Of a DNA stretch of 41,879 nt, positions 6,524 to 14,747 are shown in pieces. The number at the start of each line of letters is the position of its first letter. Within the stretch, counting starts at the first letter, position 1. The position numbers and the translations under genes are program-made. Where the stretch lies: contig JBIOIY010000022.1 in NCBI GenBank assembly GCA_044450345.1, positions 1-41,879 on the forward strand, in the 5' to 3' direction. The DNA comes from Thermodesulfovibrionales bacterium (lineage in GTDB: Bacteria; Nitrospirota; Thermodesulfovibrionia; Thermodesulfovibrionales; UBA6898). The notes beneath the pieces are model-generated. The model did no database searches, was not told the origin of the DNA, and saw nothing but the letters and a program-made list of their open reading frames with translations.

Positions 6524-8514
6524 CAATTCCGGCACGCGGTCCCCGCAAAAAAAGGCCGGGGAAAAGCACCCCGATCCAAAGGTGCAAGACAGATCAGGGA
6601 CACGAAACTGATCGTTCTTATCGGGCATCCCTCGCCAACCTGAGCAATGAGCTGCATATGCCCGTAAATGCAGTCATTGAATACAGTGAGATGCTGCTGC
6701 AGGATGCAAAGGAGCAAGGTCAGGAGAACTTCATACCCGATCTGAGTAAGATCCATGCCCTGGGCAAGAAACTTCTTGTGCTCGTTGATGACAGCCTGGA
6801 TGAGACAAAAATAGATACCGCCGGGCCAGTGAAAGAGTTGAAGGACTTTAGTGCTGACCTGCGCCATGAACTGCGTACGCCTCTGAATGCAATCATCGGA
6901 TACAGCGAAATGTTGCTTGAAGATGCCCTGGAGCATGGACCGAAAGGATTCATCCCTGATATCGAGAAGATCCGCTCCGCCGGCAGACTGTTCCTGTCTT
7001 TCATTGAGGACATCGCCGGTTTCACAAGGACCACGCATAATGGAAATGACTCGGCATCAGGACCTTCTGATGCCTCAGCCATGGTCCGGAGTGTAATAAG
7101 AGATATCCCTCCAATTGAGGAGGGCAGGCATTACCTTGATACTATCAACCGGGGATGTCTGCTCGTGGTTGACGACAATGAGATAAACCGTGACCTGATC
7201 TGCCGTCAGCTTGAGCGGCAGGGCCATACCGTCACTGCTGCTGAAAACGGACGTCAGGCCCTGGAGATCATGCGGACCCGGACTTTCGACATGGTCCTTC
7301 TCGACATCATGATGCCGGAGATGAGTGGTTACAAAGTATTGCAGCGTCTGAAAGGCAGCAATCTGCACAGGGACGTTCCGGTCATTGTGATCTCAGCGCT
7401 CGATGATATGGACAGTGTTGTACGCTGCATCCGGATGGGTGCTGATGACTACCTGCTCAAGCCGTTCAATCCGGTCCTGTTGAAAGCCAGGATAAGAATG
7501 TGTCTGGAGAACAAGCGGCTCAGGGAACTCAGCGAAGCACTTGAGCTTAGAAACCTGAAAGAAGAAGTACAACTCATCGCTGAAAGCCGGGCCATGCAGC
7601 AGGTCCTGGACACGGTGCGCACGGTGAGCAGAAGCCCTGTGAATGTACTTATCCACGGAGAGAGCGGTACCGGCAAGGAAGTGATCGCCCGTATGATCCA
7701 CCACGGCAGTGACCGGAAGGACAAGCCCTTTGTGGCGGTCAACTGCGCTTCTGTCCCTGAGAATCTCATGGAGAGTGAATTTTTCGGATATGAGAAGGGT
7801 GCGTTCACCGGGGCGATTGCCAGCAGGGGCGGCCGCTTTGAGGAAGCCGATGGAGGCACCCTTTTTCTGGATGAGATCGGAGACATGCCGCTTGCAATGC
7901 AGCCCAAGTTTCTGCGCGTTATTCAGGAGTATGAAGGAAGCAGGCTCGGCAGTAACAAACCTATTCGCTACGACCTGCGGATCATCAGCGCTTCAAACAA
8001 GGACTTGCGGCAAGAGGTTGAAAAAGGCAGATTCAGGGAAGACCTCTTTTACCGCATTTTCTCCGTTGAGATATATATCCCCCCTTTAAGGGAGCGACGG
8101 GAGGATATTGTGCCTCTTACACTGTTTTTTATGAACAGGGTGGGCAGACGTTTCAAAAAGAAGGTGAAAGGATTTTCGCCTGAGCTGCTTAACTTATTTG
8201 AGGGATATCCCTGGCCCGGTAATGTACGTCAGCTCCTTCATGAAGTGGAGCATATGGTTGCATTGACCCCTGAAGGGGAGCGGATTTCCCTGAAACATTG
8301 CTCACCGGAACTGCAAAAATGGAGAAACGCCACTCCTTTAACTCTCATGCAAAACCAGGCCTCCCTCTCACTGCCCCAAAGAGTGGAGGAGATCGAGATC
8401 GCGTGCATCAGGGATGCGCTGCAAAAAACCGGTGGAAATAAACTGCAGGCATCGAAACTCCTCGGGATCACACGGCAGGGGCTTGATAAGAAGCTCAAAC
8501 GCTACAAAAAATAA
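6520..8514 (+). CDS. Sigma54-dependent activator with two N-terminal HisKA-like domains, REC, AAA+ and Fis-type HTH
   Basis: SNELHMPVNAV and RHELRTPLNAI repeats; REC (VVDD, LLDIMMP, KP); GESGTGKE, GAFTGA, LFLDEIG, FREDLFYR, WPGNVRQL; C-terminal HTH. Confidence 0.92.
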   Translation: MTIPARGPRKKRPGKSTPIQRCKTDQGHETDRSYRASLANLSNELHMPVNAVIEYSEMLLQDAKEQGQENFIPDLSKIHALGKKLLVLVDDSLDETKIDTAGPVKELKDFSADLRHELRTPLNAIIGYSEMLLEDALEHGPKGFIPDIEKIRSAGRLFLSFIEDIAGFTRTTHNGNDSASGPSDASAMVRSVIRDIPPIEEGRHYLDTINRGCLLVVDDNEINRDLICRQLERQGHTVTAAENGRQALEIMRTRTFDMVLLDIMMPEMSGYKVLQRLKGSNLHRDVPVIVISALDDMDSVVRCIRMGADDYLLKPFNPVLLKARIRMCLENKRLRELSEALELRNLKEEVQLIAESRAMQQVLDTVRTVSRSPVNVLIHGESGTGKEVIARMIHHGSDRKDKPFVAVNCASVPENLMESEFFGYEKGAFTGAIASRGGRFEEADGGTLFLDEIGDMPLAMQPKFLRVIQEYEGSRLGSNKPIRYDLRIISASNKDLRQEVEKGRFREDLFYRIFSVEIYIPPLRERREDIVPLTLFFMNRVGRRFKKKVKGFSPELLNLFEGYPWPGNVRQLLHEVEHMVALTPEGERISLKHCSPELQKWRNATPLTLMQNQASLSLPQRVEEIEIACIRDALQKTGGNKLQASKLLGITRQGLDKKLKRYKK

Positions 8515-8566
8515 TACCGCCCTTCCACCTATCCCATCATAAATTAATGTAACAATTCATATTGAG

Positions 8567-8653
8567 TGTAAACCTGGTTTACATAGTAAATTAAATTAAT
8601 AATTTCATGATGTTACCCTCAATCCCGCATTTTGATAGTCAACAATGTTTACA
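8567..8653. promoter_or_regulatory. Two candidate enhancer (bEBP-binding) sites
   Basis: Perfect palindrome TGTAAAC-CTG-GTTTACA (8567-8583) and a near copy AGTCAAC-AAT-GTTTACA (8637-8653). Confidence 0.55.
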
Positions 8654-8739
8654 TTATGCTACGGCGATCTCGAGGTCTATGTGCTCTTGAAATCCACTAC
8701 CTTATTGAAAATAAAAGGTTATTTCTCCTTTAAACCGGG

Positions 8740-8755
8740 TGGCATCATATTTGAT
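8740..8755 (+). promoter_or_regulatory. Putative sigma54 -24/-12 promoter (variant -12)
   Basis: TGGCATCATATTTGAT gives GG-N10-GA against the consensus GG-N10-GC. It lies downstream of the enhancer-like sites and an AT-rich spacer. Confidence 0.45.
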
Positions 8756-8824
8756 CATAGAGATGAGAGATATTATTGACGGGCGTATCACTCGTCAAGA
8801 CAAGCGAGACAGGAAGGAAGGAAG

Positions 8825-9022
8825 ATGTTATTAATCAAGGGGTTAGACATAGCAGGGGTCACAGGCATGATACAACACTATGCTAACGCCCTGCATATCA
8901 GGTCTATGCTTATCGGTATAGGTATATCAGACAAGATAGCTTCCCTGATAGCTCTCCACTGGGAACATACTGGTTTTTACCATGCCTTGTATACAAAAAA
9001 GGGAAAATTGCACCATGCATAA
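8825..9022 (+). CDS. Small hypothetical protein (65 aa)
   Basis: Purine-rich RBS (AGGAAGGAAGGAAG) before the ATG; first ORF after the putative sigma54 promoter. Confidence 0.4.
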   Translation: MLLIKGLDIAGVTGMIQHYANALHIRSMLIGIGISDKIASLIALHWEHTGFYHALYTKKGKLHHA

Positions 9023-9074
9023 CTACAATCATAGAGTGTAGAAGGATCGGCACAACTGATTGAGGAGGTGAAGT

Positions 9075-9182
9075 ATTAACAACAGGATTCACAGCGCATT
9101 CGATTACATTATGCTTGTGATCGGCATCCTCCTGACAGTCGGCGGACTGTGTATCCTGCTGATCAATCTGTTACGTCACTAG
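9075..9182 (+). CDS. Candidate 35-aa single-TM small protein with ATT start (or degenerate start)
   Basis: AGGAGGTG RBS, then ATT AAC AAC AGG...; INNRIHSAFDYIMLVIGILLTVGGLCILLINLLRH*. Confidence 0.4.
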   Translation: MNNRIHSAFDYIMLVIGILLTVGGLCILLINLLRH

Positions 9183-9305
9183 AAAGGAGGGAAAGGATTA
9201 AATGGTTGGGGCGCCGCCTGTGCGGCAGACGAAGATGTTAACGACACAAAATCCAACAATCTCCCGCTTCAAGGGAGAAGTGAATTCAGTGAAAGGAGAA
9301 ACACA

Positions 9306-9836
9306 ATGAAATGGTCTATTAAAGAAGTAGCAAGCGTATTGCTGGTTGTTGCTGTTCTTGTTGTTGGGTCGTGGTCTGGAGCTTCGGAGGTCTATGCCAA
9401 GGAGAAAGGCGCCGGTTTAGCACAGGGAAGCTGGATTCTCGTCGCACTCTACAACGAGACAGACGGCAAGAAGACCGATCCGTTCGGTCCTAATCCGAGA
9501 GGATCCATGCTTTTGACTCCTGATGGCCGCTTTTCGATGATCCTTATGCGGTCAAGCCTTCCGAAATTCGCTTCCAACGTCCGCACAAAAGGGACCGTTG
9601 AGGAGAACCAGGAAGTTGTCCATGGGTCCGTCGCCGCTTTTGGCACGTACAAGGTTACGGGCGATAAGGAGCAGATATTGAATCTGCATATGGAGGGGAG
9701 TACTTTCCCCAACTGGGACGGCCAGGATCAAAAGCGGCCCATAACCGTCAAGGGAGATGAGCTGAAGGTCACAAACCCCGCCCCATCCATTGGTGGTGGC
9801 GGAACAAACTACCAGGTCTGGAAACGGGCCAAGTAA
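9306..9836 (+). CDS. Exported lipocalin-like domain protein
   Basis: Signal peptide; G.W.LV, PFGPNPRG, DGRFS, AAFGTY, S.FPNW.G..QKR motifs typical of the Lipocalin_5 family. Confidence 0.8.
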   Translation: MKWSIKEVASVLLVVAVLVVGSWSGASEVYAKEKGAGLAQGSWILVALYNETDGKKTDPFGPNPRGSMLLTPDGRFSMILMRSSLPKFASNVRTKGTVEENQEVVHGSVAAFGTYKVTGDKEQILNLHMEGSTFPNWDGQDQKRPITVKGDELKVTNPAPSIGGGGTNYQVWKRAK

Positions 9837-9957
9837 ACGGAGCGCAATTCGGGAGGGGGCGGGGAAGATGTTTTCCTCGACCCCATAACCCCGATATGGT
9901 TGGTCATACTTTTATTAGGCAAGATACATCATATCTTATAACCATAGGGAGGTACGA

Positions 9958-11037
9958 ATGAAAAGTATCGGCTTGTCTCTGTTTGTATGTCTCTCAATTT
10001 TGGGTTCAACTATTTTCCCCGGCAGTAATGCTTCAGCAGCACCTCAGAATCTCAAAATATCCCATCAGTTCCCGGGCGGTACGATAAAAGAAGGAGACTT
10101 CCGGGACCGTCTTTGCCGCATGTTTGCATTTGAAATAGAAAAAAGAACAAAGGGAGCGGTTACCGGGACTGTGTATCCAAGCTCTTCACTCATGAAGACT
10201 AATGCCCAGGTCAACTCAGTAAGAAAGGCTGCACTGGACATGACCCTTGTGCCGATAGCATATTCAGGCGGCGAGATCCCCGAGGTTAACATAGGGCTTA
10301 TGCCGGGAGTGGTAACCTCCTATGAGCAGGGCATGGCCTGGAAAAATTCGGAGGTGGGCAAGCTGTTTAAAGATGTTCTCTATGAAAAAGGGATAATAAT
10401 GGTGAGTTGGATTTGGCAGGCAGGCGGCGTAGCAGGCAGGGACAAGGGGATTGTGGAACCTGAGGATGCAAAGGGCCTAAAGGTCAGGGGCGGTAGCCGT
10501 GAAATGGATATGGTTCTGAAGGCTGCGGGAGCTTCAGTCATATCCCTTCCCTCAAATGAGATATATCAATCTGTCCAGACAGGGGCGCTGGATGCTGCCA
10601 TGACTTCTTCAACAAGTCTGATCTCCTTCAGGCTTGAAGAAGTAGCCAAGCACTTGACAACAGGCCGCGGGAAGGCCTACTGGTATATGCTCGAACCTCT
10701 GGTCATGTCGCGGGAGGTTTTTGAAAAGCTGCCCAAAGAGACACAGAAGATAATATTGGACCTCGGCGCGGAACTCGAAACTTTTGCTGTCCGGGCGGCG
10801 AAGGCGGATGATCAGGCTGTAGCGGATGTATACAAAAAGGCCGGTGCCAAGGTCTATGACCTTTCTGCGGCCACCGTCAAGAGGTGGCAGGATATTGCGC
10901 GTGAAACTGCCTGGAAGGACTTTGCCTCGAAAAGCGAGCGCTGCGCAAAACTTATACAGCTTGCAGAAAAAGTGACAGCTGAAGCAAAACCTGAAAAAAT
11001 TGCCTCCTTCGACAAAAAGCAGGTGAAGAAAAAATGA
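9958..11037 (+). CDS. dctP: TRAP transporter substrate-binding protein (probably malonate)
   Basis: Signal peptide; ISHQFPG, YPSSSL, KGLKVRG, EIYQ..QTG.LD; first gene of a P-Q-M trio upstream of mdcA. Confidence 0.9.
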   Translation: MKSIGLSLFVCLSILGSTIFPGSNASAAPQNLKISHQFPGGTIKEGDFRDRLCRMFAFEIEKRTKGAVTGTVYPSSSLMKTNAQVNSVRKAALDMTLVPIAYSGGEIPEVNIGLMPGVVTSYEQGMAWKNSEVGKLFKDVLYEKGIIMVSWIWQAGGVAGRDKGIVEPEDAKGLKVRGGSREMDMVLKAAGASVISLPSNEIYQSVQTGALDAAMTSSTSLISFRLEEVAKHLTTGRGKAYWYMLEPLVMSREVFEKLPKETQKIILDLGAELETFAVRAAKADDQAVADVYKKAGAKVYDLSAATVKRWQDIARETAWKDFASKSERCAKLIQLAEKVTAEAKPEKIASFDKKQVKKK

Positions 11038-11564
11038 GCAGCGACACCGGTTCTTCGGAGCGTGGGATCTTCGGCCGGATTAAAACCTTATCTGACCTGT
11101 TTAATGAGTCGGTGATGAAACTGGCAACTATAGCGATACTGGCCGCTGCCTGCATCCTGACATACAGTGTTGTTACACGCTACATTCTGAAGGTTTCCAC
11201 AGACTGGCAGGATGAGGCCTCGGTCTTCCTGCTGGTCGGCTCTATTTTTATGTGCAGCGCATATGTTCAGTCTTATCGGGGGCATGTTGGCATAGAGGCC
11301 ATAGCGGACATTCTGCCGCCAAAAGCTAACCGGATCAGGATGTTCTTTGTTGACTCAGCTTCTCTGATATTCTGTCTGTTTTTTTCCTGGAAGTCCTGGG
11401 CCATGTTCCATGAGGCTTTTGCCGGAGGGCATACAACCTCTTCGACATGGGCGCCACCCTTGTGGATCCCTTATGGATTCATGGCGCTCGGCATGTCCAA
11501 TCTGTCGCTGCAGATATTGCTTCAGATTCCTGAACATTTTTCAGAAGCAGGGGAAAAGCCATGA
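11034..11564 (+). CDS. dctQ: TRAP transporter small permease
   Basis: Four TM segments; V.TRY, W.DE, GHV.IE, PLWIPY; ATGA overlaps on both sides. Confidence 0.9.
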   Translation: MSSDTGSSERGIFGRIKTLSDLFNESVMKLATIAILAAACILTYSVVTRYILKVSTDWQDEASVFLLVGSIFMCSAYVQSYRGHVGIEAIADILPPKANRIRMFFVDSASLIFCLFFSWKSWAMFHEAFAGGHTTSSTWAPPLWIPYGFMALGMSNLSLQILLQIPEHFSEAGEKP

Positions 11565-12916
11565 GCGCAGGAGGCATAGGCATTCTCTATGCAGTCGTGA
11601 CCCTTGCAGTAATGTTTTCCGGAATGCCTATTGCCTTTGCACTGGGGGCAGTGGCTACCGGTTTCATGATAATCTTCATGCCGGCAAGTGCGGTGGATAC
11701 TATTACCCAGAATGTTTATGAAGAGATGGCGAGCATTACACTTCTGTCAATCCCGCTCTTTATCCTGAAGGGCGCTGCGGTCGGAAAATCGAGGGCCGGC
11801 TCTGATCTTTATGCTGCTGTCCATGCGTGGATGCACAAGGTGCCGGGTGGATTGGGTATAGCCAATGTATTTGCCTGCGCCCTTTTTGCCGCGATGGCCG
11901 GCTCAAGCCCTGCCACCTGTTCAGCTATCGGCAGCGCGGGCATACCGGAGATGCGCCGCCGGGGTTACTCAGGCGGATTTGCCGCCGGGATCATAGCCGC
12001 AGGCGGAACTCTGGGAATCCTGCTGCCGCCCTCAATAACCATGATTCTTTACGCAGTTGCTGCCGAGCAGTCTCTCGGCCGCCTGTTCCTTGCAGGTATT
12101 GGTCCGGGATTGCTGCTGGTTACACTTTTTTCCTTCTACACGGCTTTTCAGTATAAAAGAGAGTACAAGGCAGCCCTTGAAACATACGAGCGGGGTGGGG
12201 ACAAATCAGCATATCTCGAAAAAATGCACCTTACCCTGGCTGAAAAGACCAGGATGCTGCAGAGAGTATTGCCGTTTGTCATCCTGCTTACAGGGGTAAT
12301 GGTCGCCCTCTACGGCGGCTTTGCCACTCCGTCGGAGACAGCGGGACTTGGTGCGGTTCTGGCTCTCGTGCTTATCGCCATTATTTACAGAGTATGGCGG
12401 CCGAGGGACTCAAAGGTAATCTACACGAGCACGCTACGCGAGTCCACAATGCTGATGTTCATAATAGGGATGTCGCTGCTTTATTCCTACGTGATGAGTT
12501 ATCTGCATATCAGCCAGTCTGCTGCTGAGTGGATAGTTGCGATGCAACTTTCAAGGTGGGTGCTGCTGAGTGCCGTCCTGATATTTGTCGTAGTGCTCGG
12601 GTTCTTTCTGCCGCCTGTATCCATAATACTCATGACTGCCCCGATCATAATTCCGCCTTTGAAGGCAGCCGGATTTGACCTTATCTGGTTTGGCATAGTC
12701 ATGACTATTGTAATGGAGATGGGGTTGATACACCCTCCCGTGGGTCTCAATATATTCGTCATAAAAAACATTGCACCTGACATCCCGCTTAAAGACGTTA
12801 TTATGGGCACGGTACCATTTGTTCTGCTGATGATGATGGCTGTGCTGATTCTCTGTTTTCTGCCGGGCATCGCCACATGGTTCCCCAACGCTGTAATGGG
12901 GATAACTCTCAAATAG
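11561..12916 (+). CDS. dctM: TRAP transporter large permease
   Basis: GMPIAFALG, SIPLFIL.G, GTLGILLPPS, TPSE, HPPVGLNIFV motifs. Confidence 0.93.
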   Translation: MSAGGIGILYAVVTLAVMFSGMPIAFALGAVATGFMIIFMPASAVDTITQNVYEEMASITLLSIPLFILKGAAVGKSRAGSDLYAAVHAWMHKVPGGLGIANVFACALFAAMAGSSPATCSAIGSAGIPEMRRRGYSGGFAAGIIAAGGTLGILLPPSITMILYAVAAEQSLGRLFLAGIGPGLLLVTLFSFYTAFQYKREYKAALETYERGGDKSAYLEKMHLTLAEKTRMLQRVLPFVILLTGVMVALYGGFATPSETAGLGAVLALVLIAIIYRVWRPRDSKVIYTSTLRESTMLMFIIGMSLLYSYVMSYLHISQSAAEWIVAMQLSRWVLLSAVLIFVVVLGFFLPPVSIILMTAPIIIPPLKAAGFDLIWFGIVMTIVMEMGLIHPPVGLNIFVIKNIAPDIPLKDVIMGTVPFVLLMMMAVLILCFLPGIATWFPNAVMGITLK

Positions 12917-12948
12917 GGCCGTCAAAATGAATCCGGGAGGAGTTAATC

Positions 12949-14631
12949 ATGTCTGAATCAGATCCTATCCAGCCCGTAAGGGACAGATTGAAAAGAAATC
13001 GCTCTGCTCGGCTGCAGAGGGGCGCTGCCTTTGCCAGGAACAAAGAAGTTTCAGCCGACAATATAGTCGGACTTCTTAACGCGGTGATCGAACCCGGCGA
13101 CAGGCTTTGCATTGAAGGGAATAATCAGAAACAGGCTGACTTCCTTGCTAAGTCCCTCCTCAGAACAGATGCTGGGCAGGTCAGAAATCTGCATCTGGTT
13201 CAATCGGTTTTGTCACTGCCTGAGCACGCGGACCTGATTGAGCAGAGGCGTGTCAGCCGTCTTGACTTTTCTTTCTCAGGTCCCCAGGCAGAGCGGTTGG
13301 CGTCGCTGGTCGAACAGGGGCGTATAGAGATAGGGGCCATACATACCTATCTTGAGCTTTACGCCCGCTACTTTGTTGACCTTACGCCGAGGGTTGCATT
13401 GATCGCTGCTGAAGCGGCAGACAGCGAAGGCAATCTGTATACAGGACCAAATACCGAGGACACCCCGGTTATAGTCGAGGCTACAGCCTTCAAGGGGGGG
13501 ATAGTCATCGCCCAGGTCAACGAGGTGGTTGAAAAACTCCCCCGGGTTGATATTCCAGCCGACTGGATCAATTATTATGTGAAGTCTCCCTCGCCCTACT
13601 ATCTTGAACCCCTCTTCACGCGCGACCCGGCCGTTATTTCGGATATCCAGGTACTTATGGCAATGATGACCATCAAAGGCCTTTACGCCGAATACGGGAT
13701 CAAAAGGCTGAACCACGGCATAGGCTTTGACACAGCGGCCATAGAACTGCTACTCCCGACTTATGCCTCGGAACTCGGCCTTAAGGGCATGATATGCACG
13801 CACTGGGCCCTTAACCCTCATCCGACGATGATTCCTGCCATTGAGGCAGGTTTTGTGGAATCGATTCACTCCTTCGGTTCTGAGATGGGAATGGAGAGGT
13901 ATGTGGCTGCAAGGCCGGACATTTTTTTTGTGGGGCCTGATGGTTCGATGCGCTCAAACCGGGCCTTTTGTCAGGCTGCCGGCCACTACGCCTGCGATAT
14001 ATTCATAGGCTCGACTCTTCAGATTGATCTTTTCGGAAACAGCTCCACAGCAACCAAAGGGAGGATAACCGGCTTTGGAGGCGCCCCCAATATGGGCGCC
14101 GATGCTCGCGGCAGAAGGCATACTTCCCCTGCCTGGCTGCGCGCCGGAAAAGAGGCGAGGCGCTCTTCTGCAATGCCGAGAGGACGGAAGCTTGTGGCGC
14201 AGATAGTAAGGACATTCAGGAAAAAAGTAGAGCCGACTTTCGTAGAGAGGCTTGATGCCTGGGAGATGGCCAAGTCCGCCAATATGGAGCTTCCGCCTGT
14301 GATGATCTATGGTGAAGATGTCACACACATTATTACAGAGGAGGGGATAGCCAACCTTCTGCTCTGCGAGACCGCTCAGGAACGTGAACAGGCTATACGG
14401 GGTGTGGCAGGCTGCACTCCGGTAGGAATTGCCCGCGATAAACAGGTTGCCGAAAACCTTCGAGACCGTAAGATTATCCGTCGCCCTGAAGATATGGGCA
14501 TAGACAGACTTTACGCAACCCGGGATCTGCTTGCTGCCCGTAGCTTTAAGGACCTTGTGGATGCCTCCGGAGGTCTGTATGACCCGCCAAAACAGTTCAG
14601 ATCGTGTCGAAAGGAGATCGATAGACAGTAA
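12949..14631 (+). CDS. mdcA: Malonate decarboxylase alpha subunit (acetyl-S-ACP:malonate ACP transferase)
   Basis: EGNNQKQADFL, GAIHTYLELY, GNLYTGPNTEDTP, LNHGIGF, GFGGAPNMG, TEEGIA, SGGLY.PP motifs. Confidence 0.93.
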   Translation: MSESDPIQPVRDRLKRNRSARLQRGAAFARNKEVSADNIVGLLNAVIEPGDRLCIEGNNQKQADFLAKSLLRTDAGQVRNLHLVQSVLSLPEHADLIEQRRVSRLDFSFSGPQAERLASLVEQGRIEIGAIHTYLELYARYFVDLTPRVALIAAEAADSEGNLYTGPNTEDTPVIVEATAFKGGIVIAQVNEVVEKLPRVDIPADWINYYVKSPSPYYLEPLFTRDPAVISDIQVLMAMMTIKGLYAEYGIKRLNHGIGFDTAAIELLLPTYASELGLKGMICTHWALNPHPTMIPAIEAGFVESIHSFGSEMGMERYVAARPDIFFVGPDGSMRSNRAFCQAAGHYACDIFIGSTLQIDLFGNSSTATKGRITGFGGAPNMGADARGRRHTSPAWLRAGKEARRSSAMPRGRKLVAQIVRTFRKKVEPTFVERLDAWEMAKSANMELPPVMIYGEDVTHIITEEGIANLLLCETAQEREQAIRGVAGCTPVGIARDKQVAENLRDRKIIRRPEDMGIDRLYATRDLLAARSFKDLVDASGGLYDPPKQFRSCRKEIDRQ

Positions 14632-14683
14632 GGGACGTAACGCGTCGGGACTTAGGGAAAATGGCCGAGCTACCGAAGGATAA
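14632..14683 (+). ncRNA. 3' portion of a second GEMM-I-like element (apparently 5'-truncated)
   Basis: GGGACGTAACGCGTCGGGACTTAGGGAAAATGGCCGAGCTACCGAAGGAT aligns without gaps to the 3' part of the 3335-3413 element. Confidence 0.5.
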
Positions 14684-14747
14684 GATCGAGGTATGTTTGG
14701 GTATGTTTTTTCGGACGAGATGATGTAAAGCACTAAGGAGGTGCATT

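Noticed and set aside
8833..8845. IHF consensus match AATCAAGGGGTTA
   Set aside because: It lies downstream of the predicted sigma54 promoter and inside a small ORF, not between enhancer and promoter, so it may be chance.
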